Shown here piece after piece: positions 8,836 through 18,221 of a stretch of DNA of 64,000 nucleotides. Under the pieces are notes generated by a model, which saw only the letters and a program-made list of their open reading frames with translations, did not search any database and had not been told where the DNA came from. This DNA is from a virus, in the IMG/VR virus record IMGVR_UViG_3300031774_000005, positions 11,474 to 75,473 of that record; one strand, written 5' to 3'. A program made the position numbers and the translations under genes. Within the stretch, counting starts at the first letter, position 1. Each line of letters opens with the position of its first letter.

Positions 8836-10545
8836 ATGGTCGCTTTTAGATGGGGTAATCAAAACTTATCCTTACCAAATTCCGCTAACTTTCTTAAGAC
8901 GGAAATGAATGATTTTCTTAGCACAGGGGATAGAAGTTTTGTGGTTAAATTTAAGCGAGCAAAAGAAAGTGTTCAAGGTAGCAATTTAAATGAACAAGAG
9001 TTTATGGGTGAATTTAAAAAAATTTATGAGGAAGTTTTACAACAACCTCTAAAACCACTTTTAGAAAATAAAGATGGTTGGAAACAATTTTCAAATATAA
9101 AGTCAGGTAAAAAGGGAACAATAACTAATCAAGCCAATATTGATTTTATTGACGACCAAAAAATAGAAAATCTTACTGATGCTAAAGTATTAACAAGATT
9201 AAAAGGTGCAGGTGCGCTTGAATTTGCTAAAGAAGGTAAAGTTGAATTACCACCATTTCCTTTTGAAGAAGCATTTCCTAAGAGTGAGTTCACGCTTGGA
9301 TATGGTCGGGATTTAGAAAAATTTATTGATGATGATGTTAGATTAAGAGTTAATTCACAAGGCGACGGTTGGAATTTAGCATACAAAAAAGAAAATGCAA
9401 GATTAGATGCACATATGCAAATAATTTTTCCTCCTATTGATGAAGGAAAAATAATGGCAGAAAAAGCCGATTATATTCTTGAAACAACAGGACAAAACGC
9501 TACTTTTAAATCGAAATCATCGCAGTTAAAGGTAGGAACTGAAATTATAGAGCATTCTTTTGATTTAACGGAAAAAGACCTAAAAAAGATAGGGGCTTTG
9601 TTTAAAGGAACACAATTAACACCAATGAAATTAGTTGATGATAAATTTGAAGTTGATGGGGAAAGACAACCAATTACTACCAAAATAGGTGGTGAAGGTT
9701 TAGAAAGTGAATTGGCTTTCTTAACTGCATTGAGCGATTTAGAAAGGACTCAAGAAATGTTAGATGAAGATATTGTTGTGTTAGGTGAACAATACTATTA
9801 CTATAAGCAACCAAGCGGAACATTGGATAATATAAATTTAGATTTACTTGATGAAGCAAAAGAATTTGTATTCGCAAATCAAGAACTACTCTTAAGAATA
9901 TTAAAGCCGTATCTTGATGAACCAACGGCAGTATATACAGGAAAAATACTTGCTAACATTAAAACAAAACAAAAGCCTAAAGATACTTTTAGAGCCACCG
10001 CATTATCAACACAAACAAAAGACGCAAAATACTCAAAAACAAGATATGCTGAAAATAAAGAAAATCCGGAAGAAAGAATAACACCGGAAAAATACAAAGC
10101 CCTTCCTATTGAAGAAAGAAAAAAATACAAATTAGTTTCTAAACCATTAACAGACGAAGAAATAATGGAATTAACAGAACAGGCATTTAAGCATAAAGAA
10201 ACCGGAGAAACTATTTCCGAATTAGGCTATCAAGCACTATCTAATGAAGATAAAAAGAATTACAAGACTAATCTTCAAGTTCTTGAAACAAAAGAAGGAG
10301 TTTCGGGGGCTAATATAAGAGGCATGGAAACTTACGGTGGCCAAGAATACAAATATGATTCAATTAATTCACACAACGCAGAAGAATTGTTTGCGAATGC
10401 CTTTGTTGAATGTCAAATATATGTAATCAACAATGGTGAATATAATTTGAATCCATTTAGAAGAGGGGCAGGTAATAGGGCTTTGTCTAAAGAAATTAAC
10501 AAACTAAAAAGAAATGTTAGAAGATTAAAGAAAATATTTGGGTGA
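8836..10545 (+). CDS. Hypothetical 569-aa protein in the morphogenesis operon
   Basis: GAGGGGG RBS; long ORF with two I-x3-Y-x-AL-x2-E-x-K-x-YK repeats. Confidence 0.65.
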   Translation: MVAFRWGNQNLSLPNSANFLKTEMNDFLSTGDRSFVVKFKRAKESVQGSNLNEQEFMGEFKKIYEEVLQQPLKPLLENKDGWKQFSNIKSGKKGTITNQANIDFIDDQKIENLTDAKVLTRLKGAGALEFAKEGKVELPPFPFEEAFPKSEFTLGYGRDLEKFIDDDVRLRVNSQGDGWNLAYKKENARLDAHMQIIFPPIDEGKIMAEKADYILETTGQNATFKSKSSQLKVGTEIIEHSFDLTEKDLKKIGALFKGTQLTPMKLVDDKFEVDGERQPITTKIGGEGLESELAFLTALSDLERTQEMLDEDIVVLGEQYYYYKQPSGTLDNINLDLLDEAKEFVFANQELLLRILKPYLDEPTAVYTGKILANIKTKQKPKDTFRATALSTQTKDAKYSKTRYAENKENPEERITPEKYKALPIEERKKYKLVSKPLTDEEIMELTEQAFKHKETGETISELGYQALSNEDKKNYKTNLQVLETKEGVSGANIRGMETYGGQEYKYDSINSHNAEELFANAFVECQIYVINNGEYNLNPFRRGAGNRALSKEINKLKRNVRRLKKIFG

Positions 10546-10550
10546 TAACG

Positions 10551-11855
10551 ATGGGAACAACCATATCGCCAAGCGACTTTACTGAAATAAACCCTGACTA
10601 TTCACAAGGCAGGGGATTTTATACTAATGCAACAGAAGTCGCTAACCTATTACAAATACCTGCTTTTACAAATAGCACTTATCCAACAGTTGCTCAAGTT
10701 GGAAATATAATAAAAAGAGTTGAAGGAATTATTGATGATAAAGTCAAGCGTTCCTTTAGACCAATTATTACTAAAGATGAATACCATAACTTTGAATTTT
10801 CAAGAAGGCCACATAAAACATATTTTGGTGGCCATGTTGGATTTGTTCAACTAAAACAAATGAAAGTTAGAAAAATAGTTTCCTTGTTAGTTTGGCAAGG
10901 AGGTTCATATGAAGAGTTAGCATCAGCGCAAGCAAAAATACATTTTCTTGAAAATTTTAGAGATTTAAATTCAATCATATTACAACTACCTAATAGCGGT
11001 GTATCTTTTGAGTTGTTATCGGAGAATGACATAACTGATTTAGCAAATAGTGAATTTTGTAATACATTTGGATTAAAAACCACTAATGATGAGATTACTG
11101 CACTAATCAATGAATCTTTCCCTTCTGCTACATCTTCTTTTACCGGAGCAACTGCGCCAAAGGCTCTAACCTCTTCTAATCTATCCATTTCCGACTTTTT
11201 CTATGCCTCAAAAGATAAGAATAATGGCAAGCAACTTCTCATTTCCTCCCTACTTTCCGGTGATGATGGGGCAGATTGTGTATTAAAAGCAACCATAAAA
11301 CAATCATGCACTACTGCTAACTCATCAACTGCTCTTACTGTTGCGGATTCATCTAAATTAGGTGTTGGTATGACTGTTAGCGGAACAGGCATTACAGGAA
11401 CAATTACTATTGCTTCAATTACAGATGGAACGCATGTTGTATTAAGTGCGCCAGCATCAGCAAGCGGAACAAATGTTCTTACTTTTACTGCAACAGATAC
11501 AATACCAACAGTTTGTAATCTTGTTGATTTTACAGACAAAGAAGATTTGAATAGGCTTGGTTCTTTTTGGACAATTGGTGAAGAAGGCCGAATATTCTTT
11601 TTCAACGATTACCCATTCCATGCTAATAATTCTGTAATAGTTTCTTATGTTGCAGGTGATGGTAGAGTTCCTTCTGCTATACATGAAGCCGCTACAAAAT
11701 TAGTTTCGGCTGAAATAATAAGGCACGACGACCAAAGCATATTAATTGCAGAAACAGGAGCAAATATTTCTACTAAAGAAAAGTATGATATACTCCGAAA
11801 AGAGGGAATGGATATTCTAAAGGGTAAAGGCGACCTTGTATATTTCTTGGATTGA
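10551..11855 (+). CDS. Head-tail adaptor (gp6/gp15-like) with inserted beta domains
   Basis: N-terminal VANLLQ..IKRVEGIID and C-terminal VSYVAG..VPSAIHEAATKLVS are typical of adaptors; GGTGA RBS before ATG 10551. Confidence 0.65.
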   Translation: MGTTISPSDFTEINPDYSQGRGFYTNATEVANLLQIPAFTNSTYPTVAQVGNIIKRVEGIIDDKVKRSFRPIITKDEYHNFEFSRRPHKTYFGGHVGFVQLKQMKVRKIVSLLVWQGGSYEELASAQAKIHFLENFRDLNSIILQLPNSGVSFELLSENDITDLANSEFCNTFGLKTTNDEITALINESFPSATSSFTGATAPKALTSSNLSISDFFYASKDKNNGKQLLISSLLSGDDGADCVLKATIKQSCTTANSSTALTVADSSKLGVGMTVSGTGITGTITIASITDGTHVVLSAPASASGTNVLTFTATDTIPTVCNLVDFTDKEDLNRLGSFWTIGEEGRIFFFNDYPFHANNSVIVSYVAGDGRVPSAIHEAATKLVSAEIIRHDDQSILIAETGANISTKEKYDILRKEGMDILKGKGDLVYFLD

Positions 11856-11860
11856 TTAAC

Positions 11861-12076
11861 ATGGCAGTTGAAATAAATGTTAAAAAACTCCATGAGTTAT
11901 ATGAAATAGAAAAGGAAAGACAACTTGCTATGAAAGAATTGTCCGAACAATTAGGTTATGATATTTCATTCAGCGATAATGAAGTAATGCAAAACGCCAT
12001 ACAGTCATATAATAAATATATTAACAAAACAATAGAACAGGAGGTATTATCATTGATGAAGTCTCTCTTCTTATAG
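11861..12076 (+). CDS. Hypothetical protein
   Basis: Tightly packed ORF. Confidence 0.55.
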   Translation: MAVEINVKKLHELYEIEKERQLAMKELSEQLGYDISFSDNEVMQNAIQSYNKYINKTIEQEVLSLMKSLFL

Positions 12077-12567
12077 ACCTATTATCAACTCAATGGTCGT
12101 CTAATGCTACGGCGTTAGTAAGTGCAGGAACAATTGGTGTTTCTCATGCTATTACTCCGGATTTTATTGATATTAGAACAATGTCGGCTAATAAAGGAGT
12201 TAGAGTTGATTTAAGCAGAACTCCTGCAACAATTGTTGTGTTTGAAGATTCACAAAATATTGAATATCCAACTGTGACTTATGATATTAGAAATGAATCA
12301 TATACATTTACTTTACATATTAGAGTTTTACATGATGAAAGAGCAGGATTAGATGCTTCTTATGGCAAAGATAGGCTAAGGGCTATATACTTGATACTTC
12401 GTAGAGTGCTTGAAAGCAAGAGGCACGGTTATACTTCAAGTGACGGTTCTAAATTTCAACAATTATTTTTAGGTGCAAGAAGTGAAAGTAATGACCGAGC
12501 AAAACGGCTTTTCGGATATAAGATTACATTAGAAGCAAAAAGATATGCATTAAACATTCCCTCGTAA
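12052..12567 (+). CDS. Putative tail terminator/completion protein, probably with an ATT start
   Basis: Frame open from 12025; GGAGGT at 12040-12045 lies 6 nt before ATT-GAT-GAA (MDEVSLLIDLL...); directly upstream of the tail tube gene. Confidence 0.55.
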   Translation: MDEVSLLIDLLSTQWSSNATALVSAGTIGVSHAITPDFIDIRTMSANKGVRVDLSRTPATIVVFEDSQNIEYPTVTYDIRNESYTFTLHIRVLHDERAGLDASYGKDRLRAIYLILRRVLESKRHGYTSSDGSKFQQLFLGARSESNDRAKRLFGYKITLEAKRYALNIPS

Positions 12568-12593
12568 GTTAGTAAGGAAAGGGGAGCGATAAT

Positions 12594-14198
12594 ATGGTAA
12601 ATAACGAAATTTTTTTAGGAAGCGGCTCAAGCACAACACTCATACCCGAACAGGATATTTATATTCCTCTTGACGGAACGGGTGGTGGAGTATCAACAGT
12701 CACAGTCACACCGGATAATGCTTTTGATGCGGTTTTTAAATTTGTTCCTAATATTTACATTGGTTGTAATATTGATATTTATACTGCCGCTAATGCTCTA
12801 ATTTCAAGCCATACTGTTGCTTCAAATGCAGTAGATACCATTACTCTCTCAAGTAATGTTGGTTCGGGAACTCCTGCTTATGCACTATTAAGAGCATATG
12901 GTTCTCCTTCACCACACCCCGAAGTTGGCGGCAGACAATGTTTATTGGCTGATAATTACTTAGGATTGATGGAATCAGTCACATTTCCTAATTTAAGCCA
13001 AGAATTGAAACAAATGAATCTTGGTCTTGGTGGAACAAGAAACTTTACTTTCCAATACAAAGGAATTAGAACTGCTGATAATGGCTCTCTTGCTTTAGTC
13101 GCAAATACAGGTGCTTGGCTTTATTACGCTTTTGGGGCTATGGATGCTATTACTTTTACCAGAAAAACACATCTAACAGTCACTTATCCTGCCGATACTG
13201 CGCCTCCAACCGGAACTGCTGATGCCATTTATATTGAAGGAACAAATGTTGGAAATGACGGAACTGCAATAGTCACGGAAACAGGCCCACACTTTTATAG
13301 AACAGTAAAAGGCGGAACAACTCTTGTTCCTCCTGTTGATTTTACAGTTTTTCCTACATCAAATGCAAATAATCAAACCGTAGATTTTGATACAGATGGA
13401 AGGCCGAAAAACATTACTTATACAATTAAAGAACTTAATAGCGACCAATTGCCTTCATTTAGCCTTGAACAATCAATGGCTAAAGACCCTGCAAGTTTGA
13501 CTACAAACGCAAATATTGGTGCAAGTCCAAACCCTCTTGATGAATCTAATAACTTTGTTAGAATCGCAAGAGGTTGCCGTGTTAATTCATTAACTATTGA
13601 AGCATCCGAAGGTGAAGAATTAAAAATGAATATGGATATTAATGCAAGAGTAGTTGATAGTATTAGTGATTTATATGCTTCTGCCTCTTTACAAACAGAT
13701 TATGTTTCAAGAGCAGGTCAAACAGATAATGCTAATTTGTTTAACTTTAATGCAGGAACAAACCATGCTTCACCATTCTTTTTCTCTCAAGGAACATTTA
13801 GCGCATTTGGCCAACAATTTTTGAAAGTTAATTCAGTAAGTATTGCTATCAATAACAACTTGATGGATAAAAGATACATGGGCGGTCATAGAGATATGAA
13901 AGAGGGTATTCCTGCACAACGCTCATATGAAATTACTTTTGAAGCAGTTGTGACTGACGATTTACTATTCAAAGAAATGCTTAATGAAACAGAAAACACA
14001 AGTGCAAATCGTGTGAGTTTTACTTTCACAAAGCCCGATACAAGCGAAAGTATAAATTTAGTATTCAAAGATTATTTCCTTGACACAACAGAAATTACTA
14101 TTCCTGACGATAAAGGGCCAATTAGTTTTAGCGCAACAATTAAGCCAAGAAATCTACATTCTTGTTCGATTATAACTGATTATGTCCTCATGGGGTGA
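12594..14198 (+). CDS. Major tail (tube) protein, siphovirus-like
   Basis: LPSFSLEQ, GCRVNSLTI, PFFFSQG, VSIAINNNL, RSYEITF pattern; followed by chaperones and TMP; no sheath gene seen. Confidence 0.75.
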   Translation: MVNNEIFLGSGSSTTLIPEQDIYIPLDGTGGGVSTVTVTPDNAFDAVFKFVPNIYIGCNIDIYTAANALISSHTVASNAVDTITLSSNVGSGTPAYALLRAYGSPSPHPEVGGRQCLLADNYLGLMESVTFPNLSQELKQMNLGLGGTRNFTFQYKGIRTADNGSLALVANTGAWLYYAFGAMDAITFTRKTHLTVTYPADTAPPTGTADAIYIEGTNVGNDGTAIVTETGPHFYRTVKGGTTLVPPVDFTVFPTSNANNQTVDFDTDGRPKNITYTIKELNSDQLPSFSLEQSMAKDPASLTTNANIGASPNPLDESNNFVRIARGCRVNSLTIEASEGEELKMNMDINARVVDSISDLYASASLQTDYVSRAGQTDNANLFNFNAGTNHASPFFFSQGTFSAFGQQFLKVNSVSIAINNNLMDKRYMGGHRDMKEGIPAQRSYEITFEAVVTDDLLFKEMLNETENTSANRVSFTFTKPDTSESINLVFKDYFLDTTEITIPDDKGPISFSATIKPRNLHSCSIITDYVLMG

Positions 14199-14203
14199 TT
14201 ATA

Positions 14204-14332
14204 ATGAGTTATACGAAAAACGAAAAAAGAGCATTAATGCTAAAAAAGAAGTTAGAGGCTGAATCAGCAAAAAAGAAGAAACCAAAGAAATCAAAGGCTA
14301 TGGAAGAGACTACTACTGAATCAGCAGAATAA
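14204..14332 (+). CDS. Small Lys-rich protein (42 aa; not in the ORF track)
   Basis: GGGGTGA RBS; MSYTKNEKRALMLKKKLEAESAKKKKPKK... Confidence 0.55.
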   Translation: MSYTKNEKRALMLKKKLEAESAKKKKPKKSKAMEETTTESAE

Positions 14333-14381
14333 TATTCCACCAACACCGTTTGTTTGTTTGTTGGTATAAAAGGTGGAGAAT

Positions 14382-14753
14382 ATGTTAGATGATAAAAAAA
14401 TTGTAAAAGATAAAAGTGTATTATTTACACTTACAGAACCGACGCTACATTATGTTAAAGTAGCACCCGAAAATGATGAATACCTCAAGGTATGGGTAAA
14501 AGAACCCTCATGGCTTGAAGTAGATAAGGCAGTAAATAGCCTTATGAAAATAAATCCTAACACACAAAGCATGGATATTGATTTGAATGCCATGTTTAGA
14601 TATATGGTTGAAAACTTTATAGCAAAGACTGAACCACATCTTAGTGTCGTAGATATTCTCCGATTAACTCCTTATGTGGGTAGTCAATTAAAAGAAGTAT
14701 TACCAAATCCTCTTGAATCAATGTCGGGGGATGACGAAAAAAACGAAGATTGA
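14382..14753 (+). CDS. Tail assembly chaperone (lambda gpG analogue)
   Basis: Between tail tube and TMP; AGGTGGAG RBS; ends at a slippery site. Confidence 0.7.
   Translation: MLDDKKIVKDKSVLFTLTEPTLHYVKVAPENDEYLKVWVKEPSWLEVDKAVNSLMKINPNTQSMDIDLNAMFRYMVENFIAKTEPHLSVVDILRLTPYVGSQLKEVLPNPLESMSGDDEKNED
14738..14744 (+). other. Programmed -1 frameshift heptamer A AAA AAC
   Basis: In-frame GAA AAA AAC; the -1 frame continues into ORF 14750-14956. Confidence 0.7.
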
Positions 14754-14956
14754 AGCGGGTAATGAGGGGAGGTAAAGCCGAACCAAAAGACGCTTCATTA
14801 ATCGTTGTATATACATTAGCGAAAGCATTATCTATAAGCCCCCTTGAAATATATAAAATGCCAGCAGGGTTAGTGATGGATTTGTTAGCCGTTCACAGCG
14901 CAGTTAAGGAAATAGAATCTGAAGAAATGGATAAGCAAATGAAAAAACATAAGTGA
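14750..14956 (+). CDS. Frameshift extension of the tail chaperone (gpT analogue)
   Basis: -1 frame relative to the upstream ORF; LAKALSISPLEIYKMP resembles gpT-like segments. Confidence 0.65.
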   Translation: MKRVMRGGKAEPKDASLIVVYTLAKALSISPLEIYKMPAGLVMDLLAVHSAVKEIESEEMDKQMKKHK

Positions 14957-14961
14957 TTAAT

Positions 14962-17556
14962 ATGTCCGAAATAGCCACTTTAAATAAATCAATACTTGGT
15001 TTAAGTGGTAATATTGAGGATTTTATTAAATCATTAGGCAACATGGAAACAAGAGCCACTACGGTTAATAAAAAAGTAAAAGAATTGACGAAGGCTCAAG
15101 ACGCTTTAGGATTATCATATAGAGACAATATTAAAGGCGAAAAGGAATTATTTAATAAAAAAACCAAACTTAGAGTAGATAGATTTGGGGCGGCACTTGG
15201 AGAAGCCGGAAAAAAAATGACTTCTTTTAACAAAAGAACAAGTATTATTAGTGAAAGCATAAAAGAATTAAATAAAACTAATGAAAGATTTAATTTAGGT
15301 TTTAAATCTTTTTCAACATATACAAAAATGGGCGGAAATGCCTTTGAGTATTTGGCTGAATTTATATCAAGCGGTAGAGAAGAAATTACTATTTTTGGTG
15401 TTGAAGCGGCTAAAGCCCGTAAATTTTTATACGGATTTTTACCTGCCGGAGTATTTAGAATGCTAAATAAGTTTTCCTCAACCCTTCAATTAGTTGGAGG
15501 ACAATATAGAAAATTGGTGACTGATTCAGGGGCGGCTAAAGAAGAAGTAGAGAAGTTAAAGATGGCAATTGAAAACTTTGATGGCGACCCCGATGAACTT
15601 AAAGGCTTAAAGAAAAGATTAGAAGAATTAGAAGTTCCCGATGGTATCTTCTCAACAGTATTCAAGGGCTTCAAAAAAATGAAAAAATTTGTTTCTAAGC
15701 CACTACAATTAAATTTCGACCAAGAAGGCATTTATGAAATGGATTCCACTTTTAGAAAAACTACGCAGTTAATGAAAAAGAACTTCGGAATGACACTTAC
15801 CGATGATGTAGATGGGAAAAGAGGAACTAAGAGCGAAAGAAAATATTTAAAGGAAAGAAAAAGGTCTTTACTACAACAACAAAAAGGTTCAACAGGCGCA
15901 GATTTTGGTGTATTAACGAAAGAAATAAAAGCAGTAGAACAGAAAATAGCAGATATAGATGATAAAGCGATTCAAGGTATTAGAAAAAGATATAGAGATT
16001 TAGGCAAAGAAATGAAAGCATCAAAAAAATTATTTAAATTTGGTATGGATGCCGAAGAAGTAGTAAAAAACCAAGAAGCATTAGTTTCAATGAAAGATAA
16101 TTTATCCGATGTTGAAAAGGGAATAAGATTTGCACGACAACAAGCAGAAGCCTTTGAATCCGTAGCATTCTTAGGTGATGAAGAAGATGCAAAGAAAGCA
16201 ATAGAGTTTCAACAACAGTTAGAAGATTTATTAAAAGAACAATTAGAATTACAAAGAAATATTGCTGAAACCACTGTTCAAGAAAAAGGAATAAAAAAGG
16301 TCATGAAAGAAATAGATGAACAGGACAAATTGCTTAAGAAAAAAGAAGGTTATCTTGAATTAATGGATAAAGATATAAAGAAACTTGAATATACGCTTGA
16401 ATTACTTGAAGCAGAACAAGATGCTTCTTTTGACCCACAAAAACAAATACAAATAGCGGGAGTGCAAGCAGAAATCGCACAAAAAGAGGGTCAAAAATTA
16501 GAAACAGAAGGTGCAATCACTAAAGATAAAGAGTCCTTAGAAGCACTAAACGAACAAAAAGACTTGTTAAAAGAAATGAGAGAAAACTCAATAGATAAAC
16601 TGTTAGAAAAACACCCATTCTTTAAAGGAATTAATAAGTTAAGAAAGGGATTAAAACAAGTAATTCCAGCGTTAAGAATGTTCCTAAAAGCATTTATGAT
16701 GGGCTTTATGTATGTAAGTTTAGCCATATTAGGGATTTTAGCCTTAGTAAAGATATTCGGGCCAATTATTAAAGATACTATTGGAACTATAATAAAAGTC
16801 CTTGCTCCGATAATAGAATTTACAATGGGCGCAATCGGTTTAATCTTCGATGGTGTAAAACAAGTATTTGGTGCGTTTTTCGGTGATGGCACTTTTGAAG
16901 ATGCTATTGATGGATTACTTAAGATAGGTGCAGGTATTCTTGGAGTAGTAGTATCATTAGCAATAGCGGCTTTAGTAGCACTTGGAACTTTAGTTGTAGC
17001 CGGAATAGGGCATGCAATTGTAAAAGTAAAAGGCTTCTTCAAAGAAATGTTTTCAAGTTGGAAAGGATTTTTGAAAAGTGTTGCAGTTATAATAGCGATA
17101 GCAGGAACTATTATTGCATTAATCATGGGTGCGCCTGTTTGGTTAGCACTTGTGATAGGTATTGCTTTGTTTAAGGGAGTTAAATTAATTATTAAGGGGA
17201 TTAAGTGGCTTGCCGATAAAATAAATCCTAAAAAGAAAGTTAAAAAGTTCTTAGGCGGTATAAGAGATAAAGTGACGGGTAGAGCAACCGGAGGAACAGT
17301 TAGAGTTGGAGAAACAACTCTTGTTGGAGAAAATGGGCCGGAATTAGTTAAATTACCTGCGGGTTCAAGAGTTTTTACAAATGCACGAACAAGAAAAATG
17401 GCTAAAGGAACTGCAAATACTAACAACAATACCATAAACATTACAATTAATGCCAAAGATACTTCCGATGCTGAAATGCGACGAATAGCAGAAAAGGTCG
17501 GAAGATTAGTAAATAGCAGTATTAATAGAAATACAGGAATGTCAGGGATAAGGTGA
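14962..17556 (+). CDS. Tape measure protein
   Basis: Long coiled coil, hydrophobic segments, C-terminal RATGG..LVGENGPEL motif; follows the chaperones. Confidence 0.85.
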   Translation: MSEIATLNKSILGLSGNIEDFIKSLGNMETRATTVNKKVKELTKAQDALGLSYRDNIKGEKELFNKKTKLRVDRFGAALGEAGKKMTSFNKRTSIISESIKELNKTNERFNLGFKSFSTYTKMGGNAFEYLAEFISSGREEITIFGVEAAKARKFLYGFLPAGVFRMLNKFSSTLQLVGGQYRKLVTDSGAAKEEVEKLKMAIENFDGDPDELKGLKKRLEELEVPDGIFSTVFKGFKKMKKFVSKPLQLNFDQEGIYEMDSTFRKTTQLMKKNFGMTLTDDVDGKRGTKSERKYLKERKRSLLQQQKGSTGADFGVLTKEIKAVEQKIADIDDKAIQGIRKRYRDLGKEMKASKKLFKFGMDAEEVVKNQEALVSMKDNLSDVEKGIRFARQQAEAFESVAFLGDEEDAKKAIEFQQQLEDLLKEQLELQRNIAETTVQEKGIKKVMKEIDEQDKLLKKKEGYLELMDKDIKKLEYTLELLEAEQDASFDPQKQIQIAGVQAEIAQKEGQKLETEGAITKDKESLEALNEQKDLLKEMRENSIDKLLEKHPFFKGINKLRKGLKQVIPALRMFLKAFMMGFMYVSLAILGILALVKIFGPIIKDTIGTIIKVLAPIIEFTMGAIGLIFDGVKQVFGAFFGDGTFEDAIDGLLKIGAGILGVVVSLAIAALVALGTLVVAGIGHAIVKVKGFFKEMFSSWKGFLKSVAVIIAIAGTIIALIMGAPVWLALVIGIALFKGVKLIIKGIKWLADKINPKKKVKKFLGGIRDKVTGRATGGTVRVGETTLVGENGPELVKLPAGSRVFTNARTRKMAKGTANTNNNTINITINAKDTSDAEMRRIAEKVGRLVNSSINRNTGMSGIR

Positions 17557-17560
17557 TGAA

Positions 17561-18211
17561 ATGCCAATAGATGTAGCAGATACAACACATAATGTTTTTT
17601 TGAAATTAAATGTTCATGGTAAAGAAACTGCCAGTAATCAAGTTGATACTATTCCTCTTAAAGTGACTTCAATCGCTGTTGATGTTAGCAGAACAGTTCC
17701 GGCTATACCCGTTCCTCTTTCAAGCATAGCAAGGGGTCAATCGGAAACAATAGCAGTTGATTTAGGAATGGCGAGTAAAAGTATAACAATACAAGGAGTA
17801 ATCACAAGTGGTAGAATTAGAAGAAGCCATACAGGAACTTCACCGAACTTTACTGCAATAGATATGACCGCATCGGAATTGGCTCAATTAATTGCTTCGG
17901 GTGTTGATTCTTCGGGTTTGGCTCATTATCAAAATTTTAATGAGTTAGTTTTCTTAATTGAGTCAAACATTGATGAAAATTATGTTGAAAGACAAAACGG
18001 AGTAGAAAGAATACCATTTACTTTTGCTTCAAGAGGCGCAGCATTAGAAAAAGATAATGCGAGAGTTCCATTACCTGCTAATTTTCCAGAAGACGCTACT
18101 TCCACAGGATTAACCGGATTTATTGAACAGTTTGGCTTTACATTAGATGCAGAAGAACCATTAGAAGTCGCATTTAATATGAATTTTAGAGTGGCTACTA
18201 TTTTCCCATGA
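17561..18211 (+). CDS. Putative distal tail/hub protein
   Basis: Immediately after the TMP; beta-rich. Confidence 0.5.
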   Translation: MPIDVADTTHNVFLKLNVHGKETASNQVDTIPLKVTSIAVDVSRTVPAIPVPLSSIARGQSETIAVDLGMASKSITIQGVITSGRIRRSHTGTSPNFTAIDMTASELAQLIASGVDSSGLAHYQNFNELVFLIESNIDENYVERQNGVERIPFTFASRGAALEKDNARVPLPANFPEDATSTGLTGFIEQFGFTLDAEEPLEVAFNMNFRVATIFP

Positions 18212-18221
18212 GGCGATTTAA

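Noticed and set aside
16491-17588. 365-aa antisense ORF and many other opposite-strand ORFs in the track
   Set aside because: They are shadows of well-supported genes, have no RBS or motifs, and break the strict two-arm strand organisation
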